A stretch of DNA of 64,000 nt from Octopus vulgaris (Eukaryota), in assembly GCA_951406725.2 (NCBI GenBank), contig OX597834.1, positions 2,976,001 to 3,040,000 on the forward strand, read 5' to 3'. A program made the translations under genes and the position numbers. A model generated the notes under the pieces. It did not search any database and was not told the DNA's origin. It saw nothing but the letters and a program-made list of their open reading frames with translations. Below are positions 1-12,973 of the stretch, piece after piece. Each line of letters starts with the position of its first letter. The first letter of the stretch is position 1.

Positions 1-930
1 TGTCAGTAATGTCATTGACATCAATTGGAGGGCCAAAAGTGGCGACGGTGACCTTGCGTTTTTCGCAAAAGAGAAGGACGCTTTGGGGTTGAGTTTGGTT
101 TTCGCAATGGCCCATTTCTCCTCTGCTGTTCTTTGGCTGTGGGGTATGTATTCTTGGAGGTTATATCTTTTTGAATCGAGCTGGGCGATAACCGTCAAAT
201 ATATGTGGCAGTATTTTAGTTTGTTCTTTTTATTTTTTTAATCGTTTTTTTCTGTTTTGGAGAATTCTTCACTTTGTTTTCTTCACAGATCTTGGTGGGG
301 TGTGTTTTTCACATGTTTGTGACAGCGTCTACAAAGGTCTGTCAAGATATTTTGATGCTGGAGGAGGTGTGTGCATGTGTGAAAGACCAGTCAACATGTG
401 ATAGACCGTTCATGATTGTGTCCCAGTCGGCATCGTAGAGATCCATGTTATCAAATGGGGGGGGTGGCTGGAGAGAGGTTTACTAGGGTTAGCTTTCGGC
501 TGGTGGAATCTCAGGTTACAGAGGACCATGCCATTGTCTGAAAGAAAGGTTTTTTCCGCTGTAATATTATGTATAGTGTTAGTGTGGTTACTAAACAAGA
601 GGTCTAGAATGTTCTGACATCTTGTTGGTGCAAGGACAAGTTGGGATAAGAAAAACTCGTCCATAAAGTCGAGAAGTGACTCTACTGCTTCTTTGTCAGT
701 AGTTGAGGTGGGAGTGCCTGGTTTCAAACTGTTTGTAGACCAATACATACAGGGTTAATTAAAACCTCCCATCATTAGTATGTTACTAGAATGGCACTGT
801 TGAAGGAAGCACTTAACGTTGTTGAAGCATTCTTTAAAGTGCAGTATAGGTGTTTAAGGGGGCATACAGAGCCGATCTGCTATCAAATCATGGGCTTTGT
901 TGCGCACGGTGACTGATTCACAATAGCCAT
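1..930 (-). mobile_element. Decayed CR1/L2-type LINE, apurinic-like endonuclease region and downstream linker
   Basis: The minus-strand ORF 410-748 has the APE C-terminal motifs 'LSQLVLAPTRCQNILDLLFSN...LSDN' (PTR..NILDL..SDH). Upstream reads 'NILMMGGFN*P' (GDFN motif), and downstream reads 'AIAKTKLNPKASFSFAK' (NPK.F linker). Stops and frameshifts are present. Confidence 0.75.
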
Positions 931-1279
931 TGGAGAATGTTGATGTATCCATCTACCGAAAAGGAATAATGCAGAACATTGGCAGTTCCACCCTTCCTGC
1001 TAATGTTCTAATTTACGTACAATATCTCCATTGCAACTACATTCATTCGACTGTCGACCATAGAATGGGCCAACTGCTGCAAAGCAGAGTATATCCACTG
1101 ACAGCTATTCAAGGCGTTCAAAAATCACATACACCCCACCCTCAATTTTCCGTGACAGGTTAGGGTCTGACCCTCCAAACAGAAGACATGTTGCTTAGTC
1201 GAATTAGCCCATCATTTAATCCATAAAGGTTTTGTCATCAATGCTGCACCTTCCTGAATCTTGTTTCAACATAACTGTA

Positions 1280-1310
<31 letters not shown>

Positions 1311-1811
1311 CTAGCAGTATCGCCCGGCGTTGCTCGGGTTTGTAAGGGAAATAACTATATAAGCATTTTTAGAGAGTTACTTCCTTTATAGTTGCCAATT
1401 CGGGCTTTCTTAGCCATTTCTGTTTTGGTGTCTTCAAGCCATGAAGTCGTTGTTCTAAAAGAACGCTGGTCTCCTTGACAACGCATTACGACGTTGATTT
1501 CCTTACACTCCCTTCCCCACAGCTTCACGAGGGAGGGAAGAAGGGGGAGAAGCAAACACAGGTGCAGGTGTTTGAGCGTGGGCGCCAACTCCGCCGCCAT
1601 CGACACACGAAAAATTATGCATTAAAATGGAATAAAAAATGATGTTAAATTATTTTTAAAATCGTAGACTCATCGTAGACGCGCGCTAATAGCCAGACGG
1701 GCTCGATATGAATCACGACTATAAGACACCCGAATTTGGTTAAACTGCACCGCAAAATGTGGGAGGAGTTAGGAGTCTAAATCGTAGGAGACAGACATTC
1801 ACACAACTACA

Positions 1812-1820
<9 letters not shown>
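1311..1820 (-). mobile_element. Non-autonomous Helitron inserted in (TA)n
   Basis: The minus-strand 3' end reads ...CCCGAGCAACGCCGGG-CGATACTG-CTAG|T: a GC-rich hairpin (1323-1338) 8 nt from a terminal CTAG (1311-1314), followed by T. The 5' end ('TATATATAAAACTGTAGTTGTGTGAATGTCTGTC') merges with (TA)n. Confidence 0.75.
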
Positions 1821-1890
<70 letters not shown>

Positions 1891-1896
1891 GCATAC

Positions 1897-1941
<45 letters not shown>

Positions 1942-2073
1942 TTTATTTATCGTATTTACTCACAATGTTTCGTTAAAATTCGAGCCGATGTTTTTCGGAA
2001 GAAATAAAATCTGTTTCCAGAAAAAAAAGACAAAATCATACATGCGTGTGTCTGTGTCTGTGTGTGTATCTAC

Positions 2074-2110
<37 letters not shown>

Positions 2111-2111
2111 C

Positions 2112-2155
<44 letters not shown>

Positions 2156-2358
2156 GCACGCACACACACACACACACCTGTGTAGATATCTTTTTTTAAT
2201 ATCTATACTTATAATAAATCACACAGGAGATTTCATTCGGTGGAGATCTAAAGACAAAGAACTGAGGAATTGTAAAGGCAGGAGAGAGGCTTCGAGGACA
2301 CAACAGAAAAACGCTACCAACTGCTCAAGATCTTTCTGATCATTACTACTACTACTAT

Positions 2359-2410
<52 letters not shown>

Positions 2411-2695
2411 GCTGCTGCTGTTTTTGGTGTTCTTACTATAACAACTAGTATTAGTACCATTTTACCATTTCCTTCCTTGGAGTGGTTCGTATGGTTATTA
2501 TTATTATTATTATTATCGTCGTTGTTGTTGTTATTGTTTTTGTCATAATCTTTATTAGTATTTTTGTTGTTTTCTTTGTTTGTTGCTGTTGTTTCATTAT
2601 TCTAATTATTGTTATTATTATTACCATTATTGTTATTGTTATTATTATTATTATCATTAAAAAGAATTAATCATTATTATTGATACTTTTGTTGA

Positions 2696-2738
<43 letters not shown>

Positions 2739-2943
2739 TGGAGAAAGTACCAAAATACTTCCAAACTTTCTCTTCTGTAGTCGTAAAATATAATAAAAGA
2801 AATACAATTTTTTGTCAATCGTTATTTTTTATTTTCCAATTTTCGTTGCTGGTTTCAGTTTTCGTTTTTCGTTTCTCGTTTTTCCGTTTCACTATTCCAT
2901 TTTTTTGTATCACTTGTTTATAATATACCTTATCTATATATAT

Positions 2944-3024
<81 letters not shown>

Positions 3025-3059
3025 TTCATGTTGCTCTTTTTTCGCTCTTTTCTTCTTTC

Positions 3060-3103
<44 letters not shown>

Positions 3104-3975
3104 TTAATGTTGGTGGTGGTGGTGGTGGTGGTGGTGGTTCTGTTGTTCATGTTCTTCGTTCGAAAAGAAACGCGGCCATTCCGTCAGATTCTAAAACTCA
3201 GACAGAAATAACGTTTTGTCTTCAAGAAAGATTTCATTTGGAAATTCCCGAATGATTGCTTCCACATCACATCTTTTTCTCCACCACCACCACCCACACT
3301 CCACCACCACCCTCCGCTCCCACTCCTCGCCCCCAATTCACTCCTCCACGTGCACACACACACCTCCCCCTCCACACCCCCACTACCTCACACACTCTCT
3401 CCCCTAACCCTTGCAATCCCTTTCCAATCCCTTCCCTAACTATACCACCACCACCCTCACACGCCACCTCCATACCACTCCATGCACCACCCCTCCCCCG
3501 CCCACCTCACCCTCACCACCCCCAGCAATACCATTCTCTCTGTCAATCCATATTTACAATTCCCAAGTTGCAACGTTCAAACTTTACAAGAATTGTGTGT
3601 GTGTGTTTGAGTGTGATTGAGTGTGATTGAGTGTGTGTGCGCGCGTGCGTATTCCTGGGTATCATTCGTGTATGGCACTATATATTTATATGTGTGTGAA
3701 TCTGCATATATATATACACACACACATACACACACACGCACACACAAACGCACACACTTACAAAATGCAACCACACACACACACACACATTCGTATATAT
3801 ATATACTTACCTATGTGTGTGTGAGTGAGCATGTGTGTGTATATAAATATGCGTGTGTGTGTGTGTGTAAATGCGTCGGTATTTGATTGCGTTTTTCTGA
3901 GAAACTGTAGATACGTATCTGTATGTGCGCGGCCGTTGCGGATATGCATGTGTGTGCGTGTGTAGATGTGTGTAG

Positions 3976-4014
<39 letters not shown>

Positions 4015-4398
4015 CGTGCATGTGAGTGCATCTGCGTGTGCGGCAATGCAGTAAATCTATGCAACAAAAAACATGCAAAAGAAATAAGAATAAAAGATAG
4101 AAAAAACTGCACAACATGGAAGAAAGTAAATTTAGATTTGATGTAAAAGAATAGAATACAGACGCACTCGCCTGTGTATATATATGTATATATATATATA
4201 TATATACACATACATATATCCACACACATACATATATACGTAGACATATAAACACACGCATGCGCATGCGTGGACATGCACATAAATGTATGCATTGAGA
4301 AGAAAGCGTAAAGTACGTCCATGACTATATAGATACGTCTACAGGAAGGACTCAGTGCGCGCATGCGTTTCTAATACACTTGTGTGTGCATATGTATC

Positions 4399-4442
<44 letters not shown>

Positions 4443-4629
4443 CGTATGCGTGTATGCGTAGGGGCCTATGTGTGTATATATGCATCCATCTATGTTTATG
4501 TGTGTGACTGTGTATGCATGTGCTTGTGTGTGTGCACTATATATATATATTATACATAGATTTATATACATTATACGCGTACGTATAAATTCATAAATGC
4601 ATTCATGCATGTCTGTGTATGTGTGTATG

Positions 4630-4680
<51 letters not shown>

Positions 4681-4794
4681 CATACATGCAATTTTGCGTA
4701 TATACTTATATATACTCATAAATATGGACCGCATGATCTAAATATAGAAGTATGCGTGTATATGTATGTATGTATATGTATGTGTATATATATG

Positions 4795-4829
<35 letters not shown>

Positions 4830-5023
4830 ATGTGTGTATGTGTGTGTATGAATAGGCTTTCAAGAAAGAGCTACACAGCCCCTTAATTAAAACTGACGAA
4901 TAGAAACCTGATACTCGGAGTAGCGACTTGCACGATTTCATAGATTAAATCTTACTTACATACATGTGTATGCAAAAAGTTATTTACATACGTATATACG
5001 TAATATACGTGCATATATACATA

Positions 5024-5056
<33 letters not shown>

Positions 5057-5327
5057 CACTGATACGCATACGTATCTAATTATTTACATACATACGCAAC
5101 GTAAATGCATACACACAGACATATATATTTACATAATGCACGTGTGTAATATAAACATACATATACACATATATGCGCACATACATACGTACACACATAT
5201 ACATATATATACATACATTATGTTTCTATAACGTATGTGTACATACATGCATGTTATGTATATATTTATATCTAGATGTACATAAATATGTACGTATATA
5301 CATATATATATACACATGTATGTAGTC

Positions 5328-5436
<109 letters not shown>

Positions 5437-5577
5437 TTCTGCACATCTCTCTGTTGAAATATCTATTGGAAATGTTTAAACCTATTGGGATATGAAATGA
5501 GATATAACTTGATATGAAGTCATATATATTCTCACTTTACCTATATATATATACATGCAAACATACATATATATATG

Positions 5578-5657
<80 letters not shown>

Positions 5658-5735
5658 TATTTATATATATACATATATACATATGTATATATGCGAGTGT
5701 GTATATACAAATACCCACATACACACACGCACACA

Positions 5736-6173
5736 CAGGGGTGCAAAAGTAGGTACACACTAAGTATCATGTCAATGTTATAATACCCAATTCATTAAAA
5801 TTATTAGCACCTTAAATTAGCCTCATTTTTGATATTTTCGGTTTCATTAGTCATAATATGACGATACTTTTGTCGAACCTAAGGCCGTGAGCTGGTAGAG
5901 ACGTTAGCACGTCTGTCCTTACGCTCTGAGTTCAAATTACACCGAGGTCGATTTTGTCTTTCATCCATTCGGGGTCGATAAATTAAGCACCAGTTTTTTA
6001 CTGGGGTCGATCTAATCGATTGGCCCCCTCCCCACAAATTTAGGGCCTTGTACCTAGAATAGAAAAGAATACTTTTATCGTAACTTAAATTTATTTTGTT
6101 AAAATAAATCAGTATTGTGCGTGTTTTCTTTCTCTATCTTCCATAACTGTACGCCTAATTTGGCATCACCCTG
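5736..6173. mobile_element. Tc1/mariner-type MITE interrupted by a SINE
   Basis: Imperfect TIRs CAGGGGTGCAAAAGTAGGTACAC (5736) and CTGTACGCCTAATTTGGCATCACCCTG-TA (ending about 6173). Confidence 0.5.
5882..6070 (+). mobile_element. SINE family B (tRNA-like head, 'TTTCATCCTTTCGGGGTCGATAAATTAAGTACCAG' body)
   Basis: A-box-like GAGCTGGTAGAGACGTTAGC, B-box GAGTTCAAAT, and a body shared with copies at 26021, 30120, 35218, 36185, 37013 and 57628. Confidence 0.75.
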
Positions 6174-6322
6174 TATATGTGTGTGTGTGCGTGTGTGTGT
6201 GCTGCTATGTACATATACACATGTATGCAAACATGCTAGCATATACATATGTGTACATAAATACATCATATTTATATACTCATATTTGTGTGTGTTTGTG
6301 TACATACATACATATACATATA

Positions 6323-6480
6323 TATAATCAAAATGAGCAGCAAGGATATCCAGAGACATCCTTGTTACTCATTTTGATTGTAATAACCCCATTTTGAATT
6401 AAATGGATAATACCATACCACATTCTGGTGCCTTTAACTTAAGTATCATATTCATTTGAATCTAAATTTTACTAAACTTA
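6323..6480 (-). mobile_element. Internally deleted foldback derivative of the 29075/18945 ribozyme-bearing family
   Basis: 28-bp arms at 6323-6350 and 6355-6382 (4 mismatches, 4-nt loop). The rest is the reverse complement of 29075-29175 ('ggtgcctttaacttaagta'). Confidence 0.7.
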
Positions 6481-6682
6481 CACATACATATATATATATG
6501 TGTGTGTAAATGGATGAATGAATTAGCCTTTGTTTACTGTTAACTTGGAAAATTCAATAAACAGTTACCAGGGTAGCAAAATTCACGCAAGTAACACGGA
6601 TGAAGCGACCTATTCAAGGGTAGAAACTCCGGGTTAATGTGCAGTAATTTGTGTAGTATAAGATGTTATTAAAATTCTTTTA

Positions 6683-6765
6683 CTTTCGACATATGTTTCG
6701 AAGACAACATTGGTTTTACTCCAAAGGAATAAACGGTGTAAAATGCAATCTTCTCATCAGGAAAG
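6683..6765 (-). ncRNA. Type I hammerhead ribozyme, intact core
   Basis: The minus strand reads CTTTC-CTGATGA-GAAGA...TCTTC-GAAA-C-ATAT-G-TC-GAAAG. Stem I is CTTTC/GAAAG, stem II is long, stem III is minimal with a palindromic AUAU loop, and the triplet is GUC (predicted cut between 6688 and 6687). Confidence 0.8.
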
Positions 6766-6945
6766 AAAGAGAGCCTGTCTCAACAACAAGACATTGCCGA
6801 AAGTAAAAGAATTTCAATAACATCTGCGTTCAACTCCATTTATTTACTTTTGAAACATATGTATTGAATAAGTATCAGTGGAATTTTTGAAACATATGTA
6901 GAAAGTAAAAATACTTGTTTAAACCTGCGTTAACTCCATTTTTTA

Positions 6946-6987
<42 letters not shown>

Positions 6988-6997
6988 CATTCATACA

Positions 6998-7029
<32 letters not shown>

Positions 7030-7776
7030 CATACACATATATATATATATACATATAAACACACATACTTACATAAATACATACATGTACTTATGTATAC
7101 ATATATAATCTATGGGTTTTCTCCATCACTCTAGCTATAAACAAATGCAAATCTCTGGCCTGTATTAACAATATTTCGTAAACAGAAAAGAAATGAACCG
7201 AACTAGTTACAAACACGAAACAGAACACCATCGCCAACTGAAAACTCTCTTTGATTCTGCGCACAGTCGGCAACTGGGTCCCCTCTTTAACTGTCCGCGC
7301 ATACATTACTTACAAATCCAAAATCACAGAGGATTTCAACAGTCGCGTTGCTTCATTTGTTTATACAAAGCCTGGCTCATTAACATAGGATTTTTTGGTT
7401 CTTGTTAAAATTTTAAATCCTGTACCGTGCCACAGATTTCAATGAACCCTCTACGTCATAGATATTTGTCAACACTTTACTTTTGGCATACAATATCTTT
7501 GTGAGCATCAAAAGCATTTTCTGCTGGCCGTGTTTCAGTTTTAAGAAATGCCAAATGTGACTCGAAAACGTTGTTGCACTCCACTGAAAGACGGAGAATG
7601 CTGTGGCATTCTCGACTCACATCAAGTATTTAAAAGCACCATTCAATGGTTTGACCGTGATTAGACATTAAATATCATTTTCTCAACATTTTTTTTAGGT
7701 TTAACTGTAAATGTATTTTAATTTGCCCTCAAGATTTTGCGCATTGTCATGAGATTAATATAAATTAACATCAAGC

Positions 7777-7873
<97 letters not shown>

Positions 7874-7999
7874 GTGCGTGCGTGCGCGCAGGCTGTTCGG
7901 CAGTTTACATAAAAGGAAATGAAAATACCGTTTCCCATCCAAAACAAAAGTATTTTAAAGAACGAAAAACTATCGACCAGATTATGGCTGGGAGATAAT

Positions 8000-8500
8000 A
8001 GTTTACTCAAAGTAGCTGCCCTCGGCTCCCAGCCTCGAGGCAGATCCGAAACCTGACGCATGTATGTCCTTTCGAAGATCTTCGAATACTTCCTTGATTT
8101 TGGCCACCGGCTCGACCTTCGTGTTGTAGGTGGATGAGTGGTTGGTGTTTTTTTCTCATCCGTGCCCCACACATATTAATCCATGGGACTACAATCAGAA
8201 AGAGGGTCAGGTAAAGTCATTGAAATTCTTTGACAAAAACTTCTGACTCGTTCTGGAGACATGGCAAGGAGCCGGATACCACTGCCACTCGTGTGACCTT
8301 CCAACAGCAACCCACTCCAGCCAGGGATTGACCCCAGACTACAGCAGCTGCATATAGCAATCAGAATTGAACCTTAGACCCTGTCCGAAGATGGAGAGAC
8401 GAATTCTGTTGTGCGGACGCCTTCAGAACGCCTGCTATGTCCCTTCCTGCTGGCCAGGGCTTCGTACTCTCTGTTGCAGCTATCCAGATCACGTCTGCAC
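8000..8500 (-). mobile_element. Possible highly decayed L1/Tx1-type endonuclease remnant
   Basis: A GC-richer island whose minus-strand translation 'GADVIWIAATESTK' resembles the N-terminal D...ET APE motif. The match is weak. Confidence 0.25.
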
Positions 8501-8684
8501 CTATTTTTCTTAAAGTCTGACTGGTACTTATTCGATCGGTCTCATGTCCAGCCTCTAAATTACGGAACATAAACAAACCAACACCGGTTGTCAAGCAATA
8601 GGATATAAATACAAAGACATGCCTACACAATCACATACATAAATGCATACACACACACACACACACACATAGTGAGACAACTAC

Positions 8685-9065
8685 AAAACAACAACACTGG
8701 AGACATTGGATAATGTTCTAGATGTCCTATATTTGAATAAAAGACGGGATGGTCATAAGTGGAGATTTCTCGATTATAGGTTTGATAGGTCAGGACTGAC
8801 CAAACGTTAAGCAATACAAACAAAAGGGGACACGTTAGACAATGTAGTCCTAGCTATGCTAAGTGTGCATGAAAGATGGGACGGTCACGGGTGGAACACC
8901 TTTCGATCATGGTTTGGCTGGATCAGAGATGAACGCGGGTTACACAACAACAACAAAAAGGATACATTAGATAACGTAGTCCAAGGTACACCATGTGTAG
9001 ATGAAAGATGGAACGGTCACAGGTGTAACTGGTTTGATCGTAGATGCGATGGATCGACTGACCCA
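8685..9065 (+). repeat. Three diverged tandem copies of an approximately 132-bp unit
   Basis: The anchor AAAGAYGGRAYGGTCA recurs at about 8739, 8872 and 9004, each preceded by 'cattRgataatgt..tc'. A related inverted copy lies at about 61413-61520. Confidence 0.65.
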
Positions 9066-10453
9066 GGATCGAAGTACGGCAGCGGACGAAAGTCACAACA
9101 ACCAGCACAACTAGCGCCACCACAATGACAACTACCACCGCCTTCACCACTACTAACACCACCACCACCACACCCATTACCACGACGATGACAACTACCA
9201 CGTCTTCTGTCACCACTATCAACAATGCCGTCATCACTACAACCACCGCCACCACCACTACTGTCACCCCTACAACTGCGAGCAACAAGACCACCACCAC
9301 CGCTACCACTACCTCTAGTATCACCACCGCCGTTACTACAACCACCACTATCTCCACCACCACCAAGACTACCACCGTGAGCACAGCGACCACTATGACC
9401 ACGAGCACAAATATCACCACAACCAGCACGACCAAAACCACGGTGACAACGATAACGGCCACCAGCCTCACCACGACCACCACCACCAACGAGATGGCTG
9501 CATTGGTGAGAGTGTGTGATCGTTGGCCTACGTGACTCGTGACATGTTCCTCCGGTGATAACATATTAGACCTGCCCAGATTCTCGTTAATAGACCAGAT
9601 TTATGTCGCATTCTACTTTGGCTCATCTCGAACCCCCCCCTCACACACACCGCCACTCACTTCCACCCTTTATGCGTGTGGAATACATGTGTGTATGTAT
9701 GCATACGTGTATACATATATGTGTGTGTGTGTGTGTGTGTGTGTCTATATATATATGTACTTATACTTGTGTGCAAGTGTCTATGTATGCATGTGTAGAT
9801 GTATGTGCATATGTGTATATATACGTGTGTATATTGATGTGTGCGTGTGTATGTATGTGTATGTATGAATGTATGTATGCATATATGCATGCATATGTAT
9901 ATGTACGCATGTGTGTATATATGTATGTATATTACGTATGTGTGTGTGTATGTATGCATTTGTATATGTACGCATGTGTGCATATATGTACGTATATTAG
10001 GTATGTGTGTGTGTGTGTATGCATGCATGTATGTGCATGTGTCCTTCTGCCTCGCCGCACTCTGGATCCTTTTTCACCCCCCCCCCCCCCTTCATTCCCA
10101 TCCCCCGAACTCCGACATCGTGTAAAAACTCTCAGGATTAATGTTTCGATGTTATTGGAGCTGGGAGATTTCGTGAAGACCTGTTAGATGAAGAGATAAA
10201 TGGCCTGTGGGGGTGGGGGTGGGTGAGCAAGAGGGGGAGGAGCGAACTTGGCAAAATCGATTCTATCTTCTCTATCTATCTTCTTCACCCTCTCTCTCTC
10301 TCTCTCACTCTCTCTCTCTCTCACTCTCTCACTCTCTCACTCTCTCTCTCTCTCTACTCTCCTACCCCTCTCTATCTACCTATGCATCCGTCGTTTATCC
10401 AGCTGTCTTTTTTCATTCTTTCTTTCATTCATTCTTTAACTCTCTCTGTAGCG

Positions 10454-10551
<98 letters not shown>

Positions 10552-10676
10552 GTGTATGTATGTGTATATATATGCATGCATACATACATACATATACATT
10601 TATATATACACTTAAAAACGTAATATAAATATACATGCACACACACACACACACACACGCACACAGACACACACAA

Positions 10677-10709
<33 letters not shown>

Positions 10710-10837
10710 CATTATTACATATACATACATACATACATGGAATAGTTTATCGGAAAATGTAGAAATTGGATTATTTAATGTACCGTTCCTTGAACAATGA
10801 TGTTCATGACATTTATGGTTGTGTGTGCGTGTATGCG

Positions 10838-10886
<49 letters not shown>

Positions 10887-10909
10887 GTATATGTATATAT
10901 ATACATATA

Positions 10910-10956
<47 letters not shown>

Positions 10957-11384
10957 GTATATATATGTATATGTATATATATACATATATATGTATATAT
11001 ATACATATATATACATATATATACATACCTATGCGTGTGTGAGAGAGAGAGAGAGACAGAGGTCGCTCCTAAGTGTTACTTGTAAGCTTGTACAACCTGT
11101 TGCGTAGTCGAGTCACCGATTACTAAACCGGCAACGCCGATAAGCCTGTTTGTTGTGGAGAGTGGTTTTGGCAACTGTGCGGGACAAAAGACAATCCCGT
11201 CGAAATTGCTGATGAAACTTAGATGAATCGACGGCCGAGAGTTTTGTGTAGTGACACTTATCAGGGTTTGGTAAATGCCAGAGCACAAAACTCTCCTACT
11301 TTGTGCCATTAATGTCATGTGTGTGTGTGTGTGTGTTTGCACATATAGACACACACAACACACCTTACCAATAGCTGCTTTATA

Positions 11385-11551
11385 CGAGGTCTGGTCAATA
11401 AGTATCCGGACTGTTGCCATAATAACAAAGCTAAAGCATGCAGAGTGAAGCCGCTTGGCACAGATTGACCTTAAACTCTGCTGCGCTTCACTTTGTGTGT
11501 TTTAGCTTCGTTACTATGGCAACAATCCGAATACTCATTGATCAGACCACG
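11385..11551. mobile_element. Mariner-type MITE
   Basis: TA|CGAGGTCTGGTCAATAAGTATCCGGACTGTTGCCATAATAACAAAGCTAAA... and ...TTTAGCTTCGTTACTATGGCAACAATCCGAATACTCATTGATCAGACCACG|TG form imperfect TIRs of about 65 bp around a short spacer. Confidence 0.8.
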
Positions 11552-11553
11552 TG

Positions 11554-11619
<66 letters not shown>

Positions 11620-11634
11620 TAAAAAGTATTTTTA

Positions 11635-11718
11635 CTTTCTACACATGTTTCGAAAATTCCACTGATACTATTCAAAAGAATAAATGGTATAAACAATGCA
11701 ATCTTCTCTTCGGGAAAG
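11635..11718 (-). ncRNA. Type I hammerhead ribozyme motif, U4C variant, in a (TA)n-flanked element (11615-11905)
   Basis: The minus strand reads CTTTC-CCGAAGA-GAAGATT...AATTTTC-GAAA-C-ATGT-G-TA-GAAAG. It is homologous to the 6500-6950 element. Confidence 0.65.
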
Positions 11719-11897
11719 TGAAAAAAACGAAACTCGTCAATACGACATTTTAGCAAAAAATGATGGATTTGTATAGCGATAGACAGAACGCTATTAATAC
11801 AAGGAGTTACAACATCTTTACTTGTGAGATTTTTGCTGCCCTGGTAACTATTTATTTATTTTTCCGTGTTAATTGTTAACAAGGTAAAAATACACTC

Positions 11898-11978
<81 letters not shown>

Positions 11979-12391
11979 GGCGCGCAGGCGTGGCTGTGTA
12001 GTAAGTATCTTACTTCCCAACCATATCGTTCCGTGGCACCTTGCACAAGTGTCTTCTACTATAGCCTCGGGCCGAGCGAAGCCTTGTGAGTGGATTTATT
12101 AGGCGAAAACTGAAAGAAACCGTCGTATAAATGTATATGCATGTATATTTTATGTATGTGTGTGTGTCTTTGTGTCCGTGCTTGTCCCTACACCATCGCC
12201 TGACAACGGAAGTTGGCGTGTTTACGTCACCGTAACTTAGCGGTTCGACCAAAGAAACCGATAGCAATATGTACTAGACTTGCAAAGAATAAGTCCTGTG
12301 GTCGATTTGTTCGACAAAAAAACCTTTTAAGGCAGTGCTCCAGCATGGCTGCAGTCAGAATTACTGAAACAAGTAAAATAATAATAAAAGA
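11979..12391 (+). mobile_element. SINE family A, near full-length
   Basis: Head GGCG(CG)CAGGCGTGGCTGTGTAGTAAG, CORE-like GGCACCTTGCACAAGTGTCTT, internal microsatellite, and tail ...CAGCATGGCTGCAGTC...ACTGAAACAAGTAAAA. It matches 50663-51098. Confidence 0.8.
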
Positions 12392-12463
12392 ATATGCATA
12401 TGGATACATATATTTTTGTGTATACATATATCTATATATGTATGGATACATATATATATATAC

Positions 12464-12515
<52 letters not shown>

Positions 12516-12520
12516 CACAC

Positions 12521-12551
<31 letters not shown>

Positions 12552-12727
12552 CATATATATATATACATACATATATAGATATGTATATATTTATTTATAT
12601 ATAAATGCATACATATATATATTCATATATATATATGCGTGTATATATATACACATATATATATTCATATATATATATGTGTATATATACATATACACAT
12701 ATATATACATATATATGTGTGTGTGTG

Positions 12728-12768
<41 letters not shown>

Positions 12769-12916
12769 TAGCACAAGATGTCAACCTATTTAGAAACAGG
12801 AGTTAAAGTCCTAATTCTACCACCAAAAGGCAACAAACATACCAATAAGCGAGGGAAACGGTTAACGAATTAAGGAATCAAAAATCATACCATTAAGGCT
12901 TATGCCATTCAGATGC

Positions 12917-12973
12917 TCCTATACCATGGTTTCGGGTGGTGGCCCAACGGGCCTAAGCCTTTATCAGTATGAA
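12917..12973 (-). ncRNA. Degenerate type I hammerhead motif (G8A)
   Basis: The minus strand reads TTCATA-CTGATAA-A-GG...GGCCC-GTT-GGGCC...CCC-GAAA-C-CATG-G-TA-TAGGA, with a palindromic CAUG loop III. Confidence 0.5.

Noticed and set aside
4890-4920. CTGACGA-ATA-GAAA-CCTGATA
   Set aside because: No stem I, II or III complementarity.
8923-9564. Thr-rich mucin-like ORF (+) and Val-rich ORF (-)
   Set aside because: This is a degenerate (ACC/ACN)n tract open on both strands, with no signal peptide, flanking domain or splice evidence. An exon cannot be fully excluded without RNA-seq.
11233-11295. Minus-strand CTGATAA-GTGT-CACT-ACAC-AAAA-CTC-TC with a 12-bp inverted repeat
   Set aside because: Two core substitutions and no stem III. 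It is suggestive but too degraded to call.
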